Source of the DNA: Squalus acanthias
Lineage: Eukaryota
Reading direction: 5' to 3'
DNA: 62,000 nucleotides
Assembly: GCA_030390025.1 (NCBI GenBank)
Contig: CM059433.1
Span: 6,510,001-6,572,000, forward strand
Part shown: positions 60,846-62,000 of the stretch, in pieces
Layout of the letters: each line of letters opens with the position of its first letter
Numbering within the stretch: position 1 is the stretch's first letter
Notes under the pieces: model-generated
Database searches by the model: none
What the model saw: the letters and a program-made list of their open reading frames with translations, nothing else
Told to the model about the DNA's origin: nothing
Translations under genes and position numbers: made by a program

Positions 60846-62000
60846 ATGGAGAGGGTGAGAGAACGAGCTCAGCGCTTCACCGAGCGGGCCTTGGATGCTC
60901 TGGTTGGCGCGGTGGAGCGCAGAAGATCTATACTCTTCCCTGAGAGTGGCAGGAGGCCTTTGCCACGCGAGTACAGAAGAGTGTGGAGGGAGGTGGCTCA
61001 GAGCGTCTCCTCCAGGAGCATGGTGCCCAGGACCCATGTTCAATGCCGCAAAAAGTTCAACGACCTCACTCGGGTCGTCAGGGTGAGTGGCTTTTTCTCA
61101 ATACCTCTCCATCCCTCCATCTCAACCTCACTCTATGGCCAGAGGGTCTTAAAACCCCAATGCACAACACTCATCCAACACCTATGGCCCTTTCATGAAA
61201 CACACACACACATTCCACACTTTGCATACAGTAAGGGCTATTCACCTATGGGAGGCACATCAGGCAAGACCATGGCTGTATACAGTAAGGGCTATTCACC
61301 TATGGGAGGCACATCAGGCAAGAACATGGCTGTATACAGTAAGGGCTATTCACCTATGGGAGGCACATCAGGCAAGACCATGGCTGTATATTTACTCAGA
61401 TGCTGTCCTTTTTCTTGCAGGCCAAGCTGGCGCATAATTGGAGACAGCAGCAACGGACAGGTGGAGGGCGGCCTCAGCTGCAACCCCTCAGCGATCTTGA
61501 GGAGCGCGTCCACAGGATTGTGGCAAGCCGGGTGATCGGTCCCGTCGCCACTGGAGACGCCGACCCCGTTCTGGACAGCAATGGTAAGGTCATCACCTTT
61601 TTGTCCTCTGTCCTTCCACTTGTCCCTCACAACACCAGCCTTTGACACTTTCAATCCAACTTGCTAACTCGCTGCACTTATTCCTCCCTTACTGCCACCC
61701 TGTCCTCACGCTAAAGCCACTCTTGTACCTCCCTGCTTTCAGATGGTGATTCACCAGCTGAGGAGACGGGCCCTGAAGCTGCCAGTGGGAGTGAAGCTGC
61801 AGCCGAGGAGGAAGAGGAAGCCGGAGCATCAGTGCCACCCTCTCCCGAGGAAGCCCATGCCCACACTGGGAACACGCCTTCCCTGGAGGGGAGCAGGGGG
61901 GAAGGGTCTGATGAGGGTGAAGCTCCAGGACCCAGCGGGCTGCAGCAATGCCATGGGGGTAGGGAAGAACGGGGGCCTTCTCCCCAGAGGGAGAGTATGC
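60846..62000 (+). CDS. Harbinger Myb/SANT-like DNA-binding protein, exons 60846-61082, 61421-61583 and 61743->62000
   Basis: MERVRERAQRFTERALDALV...VWREVA...RTHVQCRKKFNDLTRVVR|AKLAHNWRQQQRTGGG...|DGDSPAEE; canonical GT-AG introns in phases 0 and 1; no stop in the visible part. Confidence 0.88.
61227..61388 (+). repeat. 54-bp tandem repeat x3 in Myb intron 1
   Basis: Units start at 61227, 61281 and 61335; one substitution. Confidence 0.95.

Larger units (their letters stand above)
60488..62000 (+). mobile_element. Harbinger element left part (runs off the window); terminus shared with MITE family B
   Basis: TAA|GGGGGAAAAATTAGGTCGCGCCCCGTTTGGGGCGC matches the reverse complement of 34392-34426. 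Confidence 0.9.

Overview
Vertebrate genomic DNA, most likely from a shark or other elasmobranch. This is an inference from the repeat content: Deu-domain tRNA SINEs of the SacSINE1 type, CR1 and L2 LINEs, and Penelope-type terminal repeats. No host protein-coding gene is recognisable, so the window looks intronic or intergenic, and it is dense in nested transposons. Main contents: (1) one near full-length CR1 LINE (42718-47088), whose ORF1 has a Zn-finger and SGNH esterase and whose ORF2 has APE and RT, with four nonsense codons in total and no frameshifts; (2) many PIF/Harbinger elements, including two spliced Myb/SANT-like genes (one apparently intact, 60846 to window end), transposase remnants and three MITE families with GG-starting TIRs and 3-bp TSDs; (3) two short palindromic Penelope-like insertions with TSDs, each carrying a minimal hammerhead ribozyme motif; (4) fragments of L2, Tx1, Zenon-like CR1, a Tc1/mariner MITE and a probable solo LTR. 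Most notable observations: the hammerhead palindromes; a 111-nt splice-site-bounded cassette kept in five copies of a Harbinger MITE; a T_TTA_AAC -1 slippery site at the CR1 ORF1/ORF2 overlap; and a Myb gene sharing termini and a TTAGCGCC motif with a CpG-rich MITE family. Family names come from motif recognition, not database searches.
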